A stretch of 64,000 bases of DNA from Bacteroidota bacterium (GCA_031421935.1 JANOPQ010000185.1:11914-75913); one strand, 5' to 3'. Counted from the first letter of the stretch, positions 10,111 through 19,676 are shown. Numbers and translations are program-made. The notes: a model not told the origin generated them from the letters alone.

Positions 10111-10443
10111 ATAAAAGACGAAAAATTCTCCGTGTTTCTCCGTACTTTCTCCGTTCCTGCCTGCAGCATCGCATCGCTTTCGCGTAGCTTCAGCAGAGCA
10201 AAGCTTTTGCTGTAGCTTGTGCCTCCGCTAAAGCTTCAGCGACATGCGGTCAGCGGAGCAAAGCAAGCAGGGTTAGAATTCGAACTTTTTTGGAGTTACG
10301 AACATACTTCATAGATTGTGGCCAAAGCAAAGCTATTATGCGATTGGACTATTTAATTTGTGAATCTTATATAATAGGGGAAGTATGAAAAGTCCATAAT
10401 TGTTTTATTTTTTCTAATTTAGTAGTCCAAAAAAGAAATAATT

Positions 10444-10977
10444 ATGGCCGTAGCCTCAGCTTTCAATCTGAAGAAGTGGATCGATGAAAATCGTCATTTA
10501 TTAAAACCTCCTGTTGGAAATCAGCAGGTCTATAAAGCCAACGACGATTTTATCGTGATGATTGTGGGCGGACCAAACTCCCGAAAAGATTATCATTGGG
10601 AGGAAGCGGAAGAATTATTTTATCAAATTGAAGGCGACATCGTCGTAAAAATTATTGATGAAGGGAAGCAACGTGATATTCATATTAAGGAAGGCGAGAT
10701 GTTTTTACTGCCTCGATGTGTTCCTCATTCTCCACAACGCGGACCTAATACCATTGGATTAGTTATTGAGCGATACCGTGATCAAAAAGAAAAAGATAAA
10801 TGCATGTGGTTTTGTGAAAAGTGCAATGCGAAATTATATGAAGAATCTTTTAGTTTAGAAGATATCGTGAATCAGCTTCCTGCTGTGATGAGTAATTTTT
10901 ACGCATCCAAAGATCTTTGTACTTGCAAGGAGTGTGGAACAATGATGGAAGCTCCACAACCTGTAGGGAACCTCTAA
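10444..10977 (+). CDS. nbaC: 3-hydroxyanthranilate 3,4-dioxygenase (cupin; kynurenine pathway)
   Basis: 177 aa with strong family-typical sequence (LKKWIDENRHLLKPPVGNQ..., HIKEGEMFLLP...PHSPQR) and a C-terminal rubredoxin-like Cys4 (CEKC...CKEC). Confidence 0.85.
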   Translation: MAVASAFNLKKWIDENRHLLKPPVGNQQVYKANDDFIVMIVGGPNSRKDYHWEEAEELFYQIEGDIVVKIIDEGKQRDIHIKEGEMFLLPRCVPHSPQRGPNTIGLVIERYRDQKEKDKCMWFCEKCNAKLYEESFSLEDIVNQLPAVMSNFYASKDLCTCKECGTMMEAPQPVGNL

Positions 10978-11108
10978 AAACCCCGAATACTTCGTTTTAC
11001 AAAAATTTTCAAATCCTCATTTACAATTGGTAAACTCCGGTGTTGAAGATTATTGCAGGCTTAGTCTGCGAGGTTTTTAGGGGCTCCCTTTAGCTTGTAA
11101 TTTATTGA

Positions 11109-12173
11109 TTACAATTTTAATTTTTCAATCTTAATGTGATTGCGAATCCATCGAGGGAGAAGAATAGCGCCTATCAATAAATAGGGATAGTAGCTTAGCA
11201 TCCTCCACAAAATACTTAGCGTTGGTGCGAGACCTTTTGAAATAAATTCTCCTAAAAAATCGGTAAACATAAATTCTGCTAGTCCACTGCCTCCTGGTGT
11301 GGGACTTAGTAAAATGATGATGCCCATGATGACTTGTTTCCCATAAATTACAAAATCATTGAGTGCAGTAGTACCATGAAATGCGTGTAAGATGCAATTC
11401 ACGATCGAGTAGCGGGCGGTCCATGAAACAAAGGTGGCACCCAAACACCACATCCAATATTTTTTACTTTTATCTTTTAATCCGTTAGATGCGATTACTA
11501 ACTGATCGCCGGTTTCTCTCGCTTGTCTCTTCCATCTCCTCAATAAAGGCGCAGAAAACATATACAGCAATAATTTTTTTATGAATTGTGGATTTACAAA
11601 AAGCGCATAAGCCACAAATAATTTATAGGCGAGGATTAAAAAATAGACTGTCCAGAAAGTATAGAAAATACTATTTCCAAAACTGGTGTTAAGATGGATT
11701 CCTGAAAAGAGTGCATCCTTGCTTGCCATAAAATAAACGAAGGGAGCCATCACAGCCAGGAAAATTCCATCTAGAAAAGAAGAGTTGAGAATTGCGGTAA
11801 TGCTTTTTCCCATGTGAAGTCCTTCTCGATTTAAAATGAAAATAGCGAAAATAAATCCACCACCAATCATTCCTGGAGCCAATGCTGAACTAAATTCCCA
11901 CAGCATAATAACTATGAAAGCACGCTTCCAATTAAGATGTTGATCGGTGAGCACACGAATACGAATCATGTAAGCCCAATCACGAATAACGACGGAAACG
12001 ATAGCAAGAAAAAACCAGAAAGAAGAATTCAAATTCCATTTCACAGCGGAAAACGCTTCCTTATCAAAATCTTTAAAAAAAAGAAATGCGGTTACGCAAA
12101 GACCAATCAATATTGGCCAAATAATTTTTTTGGGAGAGAATACTTTTAGAATTTCACGGGGATCAGTTTGCAT
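11109..12173 (-). CDS. flippase-like / lysylphosphatidylglycerol-synthase-TM-domain family membrane protein
   Basis: 354 aa polytopic membrane protein; PGGSGLAEFMF motif typical of the UPF0104 flippase-like family. Confidence 0.5.
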   Translation of the reverse strand: MQTDPREILKVFSPKKIIWPILIGLCVTAFLFFKDFDKEAFSAVKWNLNSSFWFFLAIVSVVIRDWAYMIRIRVLTDQHLNWKRAFIVIMLWEFSSALAPGMIGGGFIFAIFILNREGLHMGKSITAILNSSFLDGIFLAVMAPFVYFMASKDALFSGIHLNTSFGNSIFYTFWTVYFLILAYKLFVAYALFVNPQFIKKLLLYMFSAPLLRRWKRQARETGDQLVIASNGLKDKSKKYWMWCLGATFVSWTARYSIVNCILHAFHGTTALNDFVIYGKQVIMGIIILLSPTPGGSGLAEFMFTDFLGEFISKGLAPTLSILWRMLSYYPYLLIGAILLPRWIRNHIKIEKLKL

Positions 12174-12951
12174 CCTCTTCCCTTGGAGCTGTAACTTCGG
12201 GTGCCGCTTCGAGCGTACTCACCACAAAATTGTTAAAGCCTTCACCCATGAAGATGAGTAAGGTTCTGTTCTGAATAAGATCTAGTAATGCGAGAAACGT
12301 GAATACGGCATGCAGTTTACTGGTACATTCTTCAAAGAGCTCGATGAAATTTACCTGTGGTTTTTTCATCAATGTTTTATTGATGTAATCCTTCTGGCTG
12401 TCGATAGAAAAAGGATATTGAATGATGGTATGCGTAACTTTATTTTGATTGTCTTCAAAACGCGACATTACTTTTTCGAAAGTAGCAATGAGTCGATATA
12501 AAGTCAACTGATTTAATTCGCCGGCATAAGTAGCATCTGATGTTGCTTTATACTTTGCAAGCTCTTGCTCTAAGTTGCCACGATGAAAACGCATCATGCG
12601 TTCATCTTCCATCGCTCTTAACTCTTCTGACGCTGCTTTAAATTGTTTGTAGTCGAGCAGTTGTCGAACCAAGTCATGACGCGGATCAATCTCATTACCT
12701 TCTTCGTCTTTTTCATAACGAGGCAACAGTAGTTTTGCTTTGATCCGCATTAAAGTAGAAGCAACAAGGATGAACTCACTCGCCAATTCGATGTCCATGG
12801 TTTGCATATCATGCATATAGGTCAAAAAATCGTTGGTGATTTTGGCAATGGGAATATCATGAATGTCCAATTCATCCCTTTCTATAAAGAAAAGAAGAAG
12901 GTCGAATGGACCTTCAAACTGGGGTAATTTAATTTCGAAACTTTCGCTCAC
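12163..12951 (-). CDS. scpA: segregation and condensation protein A
   Basis: LPQFEGPFDLLLFFIERDELDIHDIPIAKIT N-terminal ScpA signature; 262 aa. Confidence 0.8.
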   Translation of the reverse strand: MSESFEIKLPQFEGPFDLLLFFIERDELDIHDIPIAKITNDFLTYMHDMQTMDIELASEFILVASTLMRIKAKLLLPRYEKDEEGNEIDPRHDLVRQLLDYKQFKAASEELRAMEDERMMRFHRGNLEQELAKYKATSDATYAGELNQLTLYRLIATFEKVMSRFEDNQNKVTHTIIQYPFSIDSQKDYINKTLMKKPQVNFIELFEECTSKLHAVFTFLALLDLIQNRTLLIFMGEGFNNFVVSTLEAAPEVTAPREEDAN

Positions 12952-13112
12952 AATGCTCTTTATGGTATTTGAAGTATCAAATTTCAGCCTTTTTCAGCTC
13001 TAAAACAATGATCAAACTAAATTAATCATATTCTATTGATTAAGACGACTAAAGATCCTCATTAAGTTACTCTTCCTAACTCAATCTAATAAACAAACCC
13101 CTTACTTGTTGG

Positions 13113-13145
13113 AAATAAAAAAGGCCATCCGTGAGGACAGCCTTT
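13113..13145 (-). terminator. putative intrinsic terminator of the OMP gene
   Basis: On the minus strand, stem aaaggc...gccttt with an internal tcc/gga helix, followed by TTTTTTATTT. Confidence 0.5.
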
Positions 13146-13165
13146 CTTATTAATTTTTTTACTTT

Positions 13166-13909
13166 TTAGAAGTAGAAATTTAAAACAAGAGATCCGCTAG
13201 CGTTATCAGTATCTAAACCGAAAGAAGATGATTTACCAGTTTTAGAAGATGTAGAAACACCACCAGTAGTAGAAGAATTTTCTCCTTCACCAGTGCTTGA
13301 AAATGCGATTCCCCAACCGAATTCACCGCCTAAAGACATCTTTGGAGCAAAGAAGTACTCTATACCAATGAAACCACGGATTCCTAAGCCGAAGGTACTA
13401 CCCAATTTGTTCTCACTTGTGTAACCAGGTGCATCGATAGTAGTTTTTCCACCGCTTAAACCAATGTTTGCTTCAGCACCGTAAATTCCTTTTAAGCGTC
13501 CTTTACCACGGTATTTTTGGATACCAGCTCCTAAGTTGATGTTGGTAGCAGAAGTTTTAACTTCAGCTGAATCAACATCATCAAATCCGTCTCCGTCAGT
13601 ATCAACACTTTGTCCTTCTTGCTTATTAGAACCCAGACCTAAACGCAATCTTAAGCGATAAGCTGTGTTTTCGTCTTTCATCATTTTACCTTGAAGAACG
13701 TTTTGTGGATTTTGCCAATCGAATGATGGTGCACTGTTGTTACCATTCATAAGATTTCCGAAATAGTCTAAGGTAGAGTTTGCGCCAATACCAATGCTCC
13801 AATCACCAGCTTCTGGTAAAATTGGAGTTCCTTTTTTTGATGTCATGTTATCTTGTGCAGTTACTGCTCCACCGATAAACATTGCTAAGATTAGTAAGCT
13901 CTTTTTCAT
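13166..13909 (-). CDS. outer-membrane beta-barrel protein (porin-like), signal peptide
   Basis: Start set at MKKSLLILAMFIGGAVTAQ. Alternating amphipathic beta-strand pattern with a terminal aromatic (…LNFYF). Confidence 0.5.
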   Translation of the reverse strand: MKKSLLILAMFIGGAVTAQDNMTSKKGTPILPEAGDWSIGIGANSTLDYFGNLMNGNNSAPSFDWQNPQNVLQGKMMKDENTAYRLRLRLGLGSNKQEGQSVDTDGDGFDDVDSAEVKTSATNINLGAGIQKYRGKGRLKGIYGAEANIGLSGGKTTIDAPGYTSENKLGSTFGLGIRGFIGIEYFFAPKMSLGGEFGWGIAFSSTGEGENSSTTGGVSTSSKTGKSSSFGLDTDNASGSLVLNFYF

Positions 13910-14153
13910 TGCTTTTATAGTTAAGGTTGGGTGCAAATTTATTGTCATTTTTTTAACTATTCCAAATACTGGGGATTGTTATTGAACAATTAACTGTTTA
14001 TAAGTGCATTGTGATTTCCTTTGGTAATGTAAAATTGACGTTTTTTGGCTGATTTTAGTCGTTTTTTCATTCAAAATGGGCTCAAAAGTGCTTTTGCGTA
14101 GGCTCAGGCGGTTATTAGCTTCGATTAGATTTTTATACTTAATAAAATTTACG

Positions 14154-14262
14154 CTTCTGGCTTCTGGCTTCTAGCTTCTAGCTTCTAGCTTCAGGCTTCT
14201 AGCTTCTAGCTTCTTGCTTCTTGCTTCTGGCTTCTAGCTTCTGGCTTCTGGCTTTTAGCTTC
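14154..14262. repeat. heptanucleotide tandem array (CTTCTRG) x16
   Basis: cttctgg/cttctag units repeated 16 times with few substitutions. Inverted short arrays (CTAGAAG-type, 4 units) occur at 14418-14452 and 15612-15648, and a degenerate forward array at 15355-15385. Confidence 0.9.
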
Positions 14263-14387
14263 AAAAACTAGTACTACCAGCTTGATCCGATACTAACTAT
14301 TATTATTTGCGAAAAACCCCTTTTGTATTCTCTAGTCGAGGAGATTTAGAAAAATCAAATTTCTCTAGTGAACTCTTTTAAAAAGTT

Positions 14388-14512
14388 TATCTATGAAATA
14401 AATACTATTTACCAATAAAAAACTAGAAGCTAGAAGCCTGAAGCTAGCAGCTCAACCCCAATAGCGTACTACAAACAATATTTACAAAAAAAATCCCTGC
14501 GAAATGAAAAAC
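14388..14512. repeat. ~120-bp dispersed repeat, copy 1; abuts the stop codon of the minus-strand gene 14512-15270
   Basis: ~80% identical to 15585-15700, sharing ctatgaa.ta..tactatttaccaataaaaaact.gaagctag.agcc.gaagctagcagc...atag.gtactacaaaca...aatccctgcg. Read on the minus strand it gives GCUAGC self-complementary segments followed by a U6 run, i.e. terminator-like. Confidence 0.8.
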
Positions 14513-15270
14513 TATCGTCCAACTTCTTCGGCCATTTCTTGTTGAAGAGAGGAAGCAATTCCTGGAAACGTTCGTTCTACAATTTCACGATCGCTATTCG
14601 TTGAAGATGGAAAAAATTCCATACAAAAATTTCCACGCACTTGTTTTCCATCGGCTTTTAAAATGGAATAGTGAATCAACAATTCTCGTCGGTAAATTTT
14701 ATTGGCAATGTCGATGCAAGAATTGTAATTTGTTTTTATTTCGAATTGATTAATGCTTACTATATAATCGGATTGATACAATTGAAATAAATAATTTAGA
14801 AAGGAAGTATCTCTTATCTCCACTTGCATGAACTTTGAATCGCCGCGTGTGGTGATGGTTTGCGGTGCCGTTTGTGCATCGGGATGGAGTTCGGATTTCT
14901 TTTTTTGTTTTTTGATTTCGCTTTTGGAAGTATTACTTCCTCCTGTTGGATATGCATAACTGTACCCCGCTTTTCCGTAAAACATTTCTAAAAGTTTTCG
15001 ACCTCGATTGGTGGTATCTTGTAAAAGACTAATGCAAGGTCCATGTACTTCTAACTCTCCTTGAATTTTTAAATCTAATGTTTTGCGAAAATAATTTCTA
15101 TACTCCTCCGGACTCCTTTTCGTTTGAGCCATGATATCGCGTTCCGCATCGCTTAAATAATATTCAGGTGGGAAAGGAACTAATAAAATCGAGGTATTCT
15201 TAAGCGTGTCTTGTGCCGATGCAACCATCTGCAAGAAAAGAAATACGAGGAGGGTAATGTGAATTCTCAT
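14512..15270 (-). CDS. hypothetical secreted protein
   Basis: 252-aa ORF with a signal peptide (MRIHITLLVFLFLQMVASAQD). No recognisable domain. Flanked on both sides by the heptamer-array elements. Confidence 0.45.
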   Translation of the reverse strand: MRIHITLLVFLFLQMVASAQDTLKNTSILLVPFPPEYYLSDAERDIMAQTKRSPEEYRNYFRKTLDLKIQGELEVHGPCISLLQDTTNRGRKLLEMFYGKAGYSYAYPTGGSNTSKSEIKKQKKKSELHPDAQTAPQTITTRGDSKFMQVEIRDTSFLNYLFQLYQSDYIVSINQFEIKTNYNSCIDIANKIYRRELLIHYSILKADGKQVRGNFCMEFFPSSTNSDREIVERTFPGIASSLQQEMAEEVGR

Positions 15271-15584
15271 ACTTCAAAAATATGAAGTCAATTAATGAAT
15301 TCACATGTGTGGCACAGAGAGATATTAACAGGGTGAAATCAAATGTTGCTTCGAATTGAAATTAAGCTACAGGCTTCGAGCTTCAAGTGTTATATTGAAT
15401 GAGTAAAACCGCTCTTCGACTCTCATTCTTTGATTTGAAATAGCGAAAGAAACTTACAGTAGCGGCGCTTTTTCAACACTAGAGAAAATAGAGGACACTA
15501 AGTGCACTAAAGGTTAATCGCTTTTATTCTCTTGTGATCTTTTGTGTCCTCTAGTGCCTTTAGTGTTAAATTCTTTTTATCAAT

Positions 15585-15700
15585 GCTATGAATATTATTT
15601 ACCAATAAAAAACTTGAAGCTAGCAGCCAGAAGCTAGCAGCCCAGTAACGATAGTGTACTACAAACATTATTAACCAATAAATCCCTGCGTACGAAAATC
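15585..15700. repeat. ~120-bp dispersed repeat, copy 2; abuts the stop codon of rseP
   Basis: See copy 1. The same motif order ends at the rseP stop codon. Confidence 0.8.
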
Positions 15701-17036
15701 AATGGAGAATGTGTTTCCAAATATCATTCCCTACAGCAAAAATTAACAAGCTAAAGAGAATCACCATTCCTACCACTTGCGCACGCTCCATTACTTTGTC
15801 ACTAAATTTCACTTTGAAAATGCTTTCAATTAAAAGGAAGATAACGTGTCCGCCGTCTAAAGCTGGAATGGGTAACATATTCATGAAAGCTAATACCATC
15901 GACAAAAGTCCGGTGATTGCCCAAAAACGAGACCAATCCCAAACGCCACCGTAAATAGTGGCAATACCAATGGGACCTTGCACCGATTCACTTGCTTTTT
16001 CTTCACCAGTAAATATTTTTCCTAAGCCTTTCGCATTCGAAACAAGTGCCTCAATGGCATCCGATGTACCAAATGAAACAGCGTTTGAAACCGTATAAGG
16101 TTCCATTTTATACGAAGAGTTCTTTTCGGGTGTAGCATCGTATGAAATACCGATGGTGCCTTTCTCGGTTACTGTACTTTCTAAGGTGATGGTTTTATTA
16201 TCGCGAAGTATATTTAAAGTAACCGTCTTGTTTTTTAACGCACCAATTTTGCTTACTAAATCATCGTTGTTGGCAATGCTTTCACCATTGATAGCTGTAA
16301 TTTTATCTCCAGCTTGTACTCCTGCTTTTTGTGCAGGCTCACCATCCACTACTCTTCCAATTTGGTAATGAAGCGGACCATAACCAATGAAACTCCAACG
16401 ACCAGCCTCACCTACCTTGCGATAAAAATTATCAGGAACTATTACTTCCATCGTGCGATTATCTCGCTCAATGGATAAAGTTGCGCCAAATAAAACACGC
16501 GATGAAAGCACATCTTCAAAACGCTCAAATGAATTACCGTTGATGGTAAGAATTTTATCTCCGTCTTGTAAGCCAATCTCCTTACCCAACTTGTAAGCAT
16601 AAATTCCCTTTCCTTGAATTACTTCTTGATTGGGTAAATAATCTTTTTTGAATTGTAATAAAGTACCACTGAAAATAATAATTCCTAATATTACATTCAT
16701 CGTAACACCACCCACCATCACAATCAATCGTTGCCATGCTGGTTTCGCTCTAAATTCCCAAGGTTGTGGCTCGGCAGCTAATTGCTCAGTGTCTAAACTT
16801 TCGTCAACCATTCCCGCAATTTTGACATAGCCACCTAATGGTAACCACCCCATACCGTACTCTGTATCACCTATTTTAAAACTGAAAAGTTTAAAGCCCC
16901 AAGCATCAAAGAATAAATAAAATTTTTCTACTTTAATTCCGAATGCACGAGCCGCTAAAAAATGTCCTAACTCGTGAAGTGTTACTAATATTGAGAGGCC
17001 TAAAATTAATTGGCCGGCCATAATAAGTCCTTGCAT
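15699..17036 (-). CDS. rseP: RIP metalloprotease RseP (site-2 protease)
   Basis: HELGHFLAARAFG zinc motif, PDZ-like central region, and the C-terminal LDGGH motif (PIPALDGGHVIFL). Confidence 0.9.
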   Translation of the reverse strand: MQGLIMAGQLILGLSILVTLHELGHFLAARAFGIKVEKFYLFFDAWGFKLFSFKIGDTEYGMGWLPLGGYVKIAGMVDESLDTEQLAAEPQPWEFRAKPAWQRLIVMVGGVTMNVILGIIIFSGTLLQFKKDYLPNQEVIQGKGIYAYKLGKEIGLQDGDKILTINGNSFERFEDVLSSRVLFGATLSIERDNRTMEVIVPDNFYRKVGEAGRWSFIGYGPLHYQIGRVVDGEPAQKAGVQAGDKITAINGESIANNDDLVSKIGALKNKTVTLNILRDNKTITLESTVTEKGTIGISYDATPEKNSSYKMEPYTVSNAVSFGTSDAIEALVSNAKGLGKIFTGEEKASESVQGPIGIATIYGGVWDWSRFWAITGLLSMVLAFMNMLPIPALDGGHVIFLLIESIFKVKFSDKVMERAQVVGMVILFSLLIFAVGNDIWKHILH

Positions 17037-17172
17037 TGATCTATTTAATTATGATGAAATTGTTTCAGGTTGCGAATGTACGAATAAGGAATGGGTCTTG
17101 CCGAAAGCCTTTGTTCTCCCTTTTTCTAATCTAATCTTTTTAGGGAGTTTATGTTTGACGATTATCCTCACT

Positions 17173-18339
17173 TTAAATTTGAACGTCGCTTTTTTGAATT
17201 AGTTGTGACGCTATTTTCCGAGCCACCTCATCGCTCTCCTGAAACGATTTTATATCGGGCTGAGACTCAAAAGGAACTTGATTCATCGTCGCTTCGATGA
17301 CCTCCGCAATTTGAAGGAACCCAAGCTCGTCGCGTAAAAAGGCAGCTACCGCAATTTCATTAGCAGCATTCATGATGCAAGGTAAATTCCCGCCTTTTTC
17401 CATCGCCCATCTCGCCAAGCCTAAGCACCTAAAGGTTTCTTCATCAGCAGCTTCGAAGGTCAGTTGCGGAAATTTAGTAAAATCGAAGCGCGGAAAATCG
17501 GATACTAATCGGTTTGGATAACCCAAGGCATATTGAATAGGTAATTTCATATCAGGTAATCCCATTTGGGCTTTCATGCTTCCATCTTGAAATTGAACAA
17601 TGCTGTGAATGATAGATTGAGGATGTACAATAACTTCAATTTCAGAAGCTTGCAAATCGAAAAGCCATTTGGCCTCAATCATTTCCAAGCCTTTATTCAT
17701 CAAAGTCGCCGAATCAATGGTAATTTTAGCGCCCATGGTCCAGTTGGGATGTTTTAATGCCTGCGCCTTGGTGATGTTAGCTAATTCTGATTTTTTCTTC
17801 CCGCGGAAAGGTCCGCCCGAAGCTGTCAAAATAATTTTTTCAATCGGATTGTGCATTTCTCCAGCTAAACACTGAAAAATAGCGCTGTGCTCGGAGTCGA
17901 CAGGATAAATGCTGACTTTATTCTCCAAAGCCAATTTCGTTACTAAATCGCCTGCCACCACCAACGTTTCTTTATTTGCCAGCGCAATATTTTTTTTGTT
18001 TTCAATGGCGGCCAAGGTTGGAGCAAGACCAGAAAAACCAACCATAGCTGTCAACACTAAATCGATAGTGTCCATACTCATCAATTGTACAATGGAAGCC
18101 GCACCGCCAAATACTTTTATGTTGTCGCTTTCCAACCCCGATTTTAATGCGGCTAATTTTGTGGTATCACAAATAACTACCGCATTTGGTTTAAACTTTT
18201 TAGCTTGTTCAATCAGCAAATCTACATTGCTATTTGCAGTGAGCACTTCCACACTGAATTGATCAGGATGTGCCTCAATCACTTCGAGGGCTTGTGTTCC
18301 GATGGATCCCGTTGATCCGAGAATGGCGATTCTTTTCAT
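17173..18339 (-). CDS. dxr: 1-deoxy-D-xylulose 5-phosphate reductoisomerase
   Basis: MKRIAILGSTGSIGTQALEVI NADPH-binding N-terminus and DXR-family sequence throughout. Confidence 0.9.
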   Translation of the reverse strand: MKRIAILGSTGSIGTQALEVIEAHPDQFSVEVLTANSNVDLLIEQAKKFKPNAVVICDTTKLAALKSGLESDNIKVFGGAASIVQLMSMDTIDLVLTAMVGFSGLAPTLAAIENKKNIALANKETLVVAGDLVTKLALENKVSIYPVDSEHSAIFQCLAGEMHNPIEKIILTASGGPFRGKKKSELANITKAQALKHPNWTMGAKITIDSATLMNKGLEMIEAKWLFDLQASEIEVIVHPQSIIHSIVQFQDGSMKAQMGLPDMKLPIQYALGYPNRLVSDFPRFDFTKFPQLTFEAADEETFRCLGLARWAMEKGGNLPCIMNAANEIAVAAFLRDELGFLQIAEVIEATMNQVPFESQPDIKSFQESDEVARKIASQLIQKSDVQI

Positions 18340-18447
18340 GTTGATGTTGCGAAGGTATGAAAGCTTTTTGTACGTAATACGAATTTGCTATTACAAAGAG
18401 GGTTGAGTTGTTGCCTATAAATTTTGCTTCGCAGTTCTACAGGGACG

Positions 18448-18617
18448 CGAAAATGCGAAAAGCCTACCTATGCTAAAGCTCCTTGCTTCGCCGAAGCAAG
18501 GCAAAGGCAAGTCGGTAGGCAGGCACGAAAATGCGAAAAGCCTACCTATGCTAAAGCTCCTTGCTTCGCCGAAGCAAAGCAAAGGCAAGTCGGTAGGCAG
18601 GCACGAAAATCGAAATT
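18448..18617. repeat. 78-bp tandem direct repeat x2.1 with nested inverted repeats
   Basis: Units 18448-18525 and 18526-18603 differ at 1 nt, and a third unit starts at 18604. Each unit contains gcctacc...ggtaggc flanking a perfect ccttgcttcg-c-cgaagcaagg hairpin. Confidence 0.9.
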
Positions 18618-18683
18618 AGAGAAAGGTGTTTCTGTCCTAACTTTTATTCGGTACTATTTAAATCCTTACTACGTTTGTAGACT

Positions 18684-19676
18684 ATGTCGAGTCCCGATTA
18701 TTATCAACTTCTCGGACTTCCACGCGATGCTAATCCAGTGGAAATAAAAAAGGGATATCATCGACAGGCACTTTTGCATCATCCCGACAAAAATCCGAAT
18801 GATGAAAAGTCGGCCGATCGATTTAAAATGATTGCTGAAGCATATAAAGTTTTAAGTGATCCCATCAAGCGCGCGAATTATGATGCTGGATTTAGTAGTT
18901 ATGCATTTACAAGTGCAATCATTTCTCCCGAATATTTAAAAGCAGAGGTAGATGTAAAAAAAGTAAAGCTCAATGAAGAAGTAGAATTAACTTTTTCATT
19001 TCCGGGTGAAGGACGCTTTTTCAAAAAACCTGTTTTATATGGATGGGTTATAACGGCAGGACCTACCGTGGATCATCGTTATGTTTTAGTAGATGGACAT
19101 TCCATTCGTGAAACGGTTTTACATTATACTGTTTGTGCGTTGAGAACCGGAGTGCAAACCATTCCTGCAGCGCAAATTCATTTCCATCATATTCCAGTAA
19201 ACTCCGAATCGCTGCAAGTTTTTGTGGAGGAGAATCATTGCTATTTTAAATCGGGAGAAAAGGCGGGAAGCAATCCATTAAAAGTGATGATGCATCGCAT
19301 GCAAGTGACCAGCAATACGGTGTACCGAAAAACGATAATTCATCATCGCGCTGTATTACTTCCACGTTCCGATATCGTTTATTGGTATCATAAAGTGGGA
19401 CGAATTTTAAAAATTTCGTTTGCATTGATGGGTGCTGTATTTGCTATGACTCGAGGAGAAAGTGCTTTCTTAGGAATGGTGGGTGGGTCGATGTTGGCCG
19501 GAGTCAATGTACATTTGATGTATTACATGATGGGAATTAAATCGAAGTTTTATTATTCTTCACACCATCCAGTCGTGTTGGAATACGAAGAATGTGGCTA
19601 TCGTTTAGGTGAAGCTCCACACGAAGGACTTTTTGGTTCAAAACGATGGGCATTTGTGAAGTCGATGTTTGTGTAA
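18684..19676 (+). CDS. J-domain (DnaJ-like) protein with uncharacterised C-terminal region and C-terminal hydrophobic segments
   Basis: DYYQLLGLPRDANPVEIKKGYHRQALLHHPDKNPND is a canonical J domain with the HPD motif. The rest has no recognisable domain. Confidence 0.7.
   Translation: MSSPDYYQLLGLPRDANPVEIKKGYHRQALLHHPDKNPNDEKSADRFKMIAEAYKVLSDPIKRANYDAGFSSYAFTSAIISPEYLKAEVDVKKVKLNEEVELTFSFPGEGRFFKKPVLYGWVITAGPTVDHRYVLVDGHSIRETVLHYTVCALRTGVQTIPAAQIHFHHIPVNSESLQVFVEENHCYFKSGEKAGSNPLKVMMHRMQVTSNTVYRKTIIHHRAVLLPRSDIVYWYHKVGRILKISFALMGAVFAMTRGESAFLGMVGGSMLAGVNVHLMYYMMGIKSKFYYSSHHPVVLEYEECGYRLGEAPHEGLFGSKRWAFVKSMFV

Noticed and set aside
10268-10292. tRNA-like T-arm string (ggttagaattcgaac)
   Set aside because: No flanking acceptor, D or anticodon stems can be drawn, and there is no CCA or discriminator context. 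The resemblance is coincidental.
14154-14262. Heptamer array and the 78-bp tandem repeat (18448-18617) considered as CRISPR arrays
   Set aside because: Neither has spacers. The units are 7 bp or only two 78-bp copies, with no cas genes, so they are not CRISPR.
18424-18747. 107-aa ORF in the six-frame track
   Set aside because: It is a read-through translation of the 78-bp tandem repeat; its internally repeated peptide (CEKPTYAKAPCFAEA... twice) is an artefact. It also overlaps the well-supported J-domain gene start.
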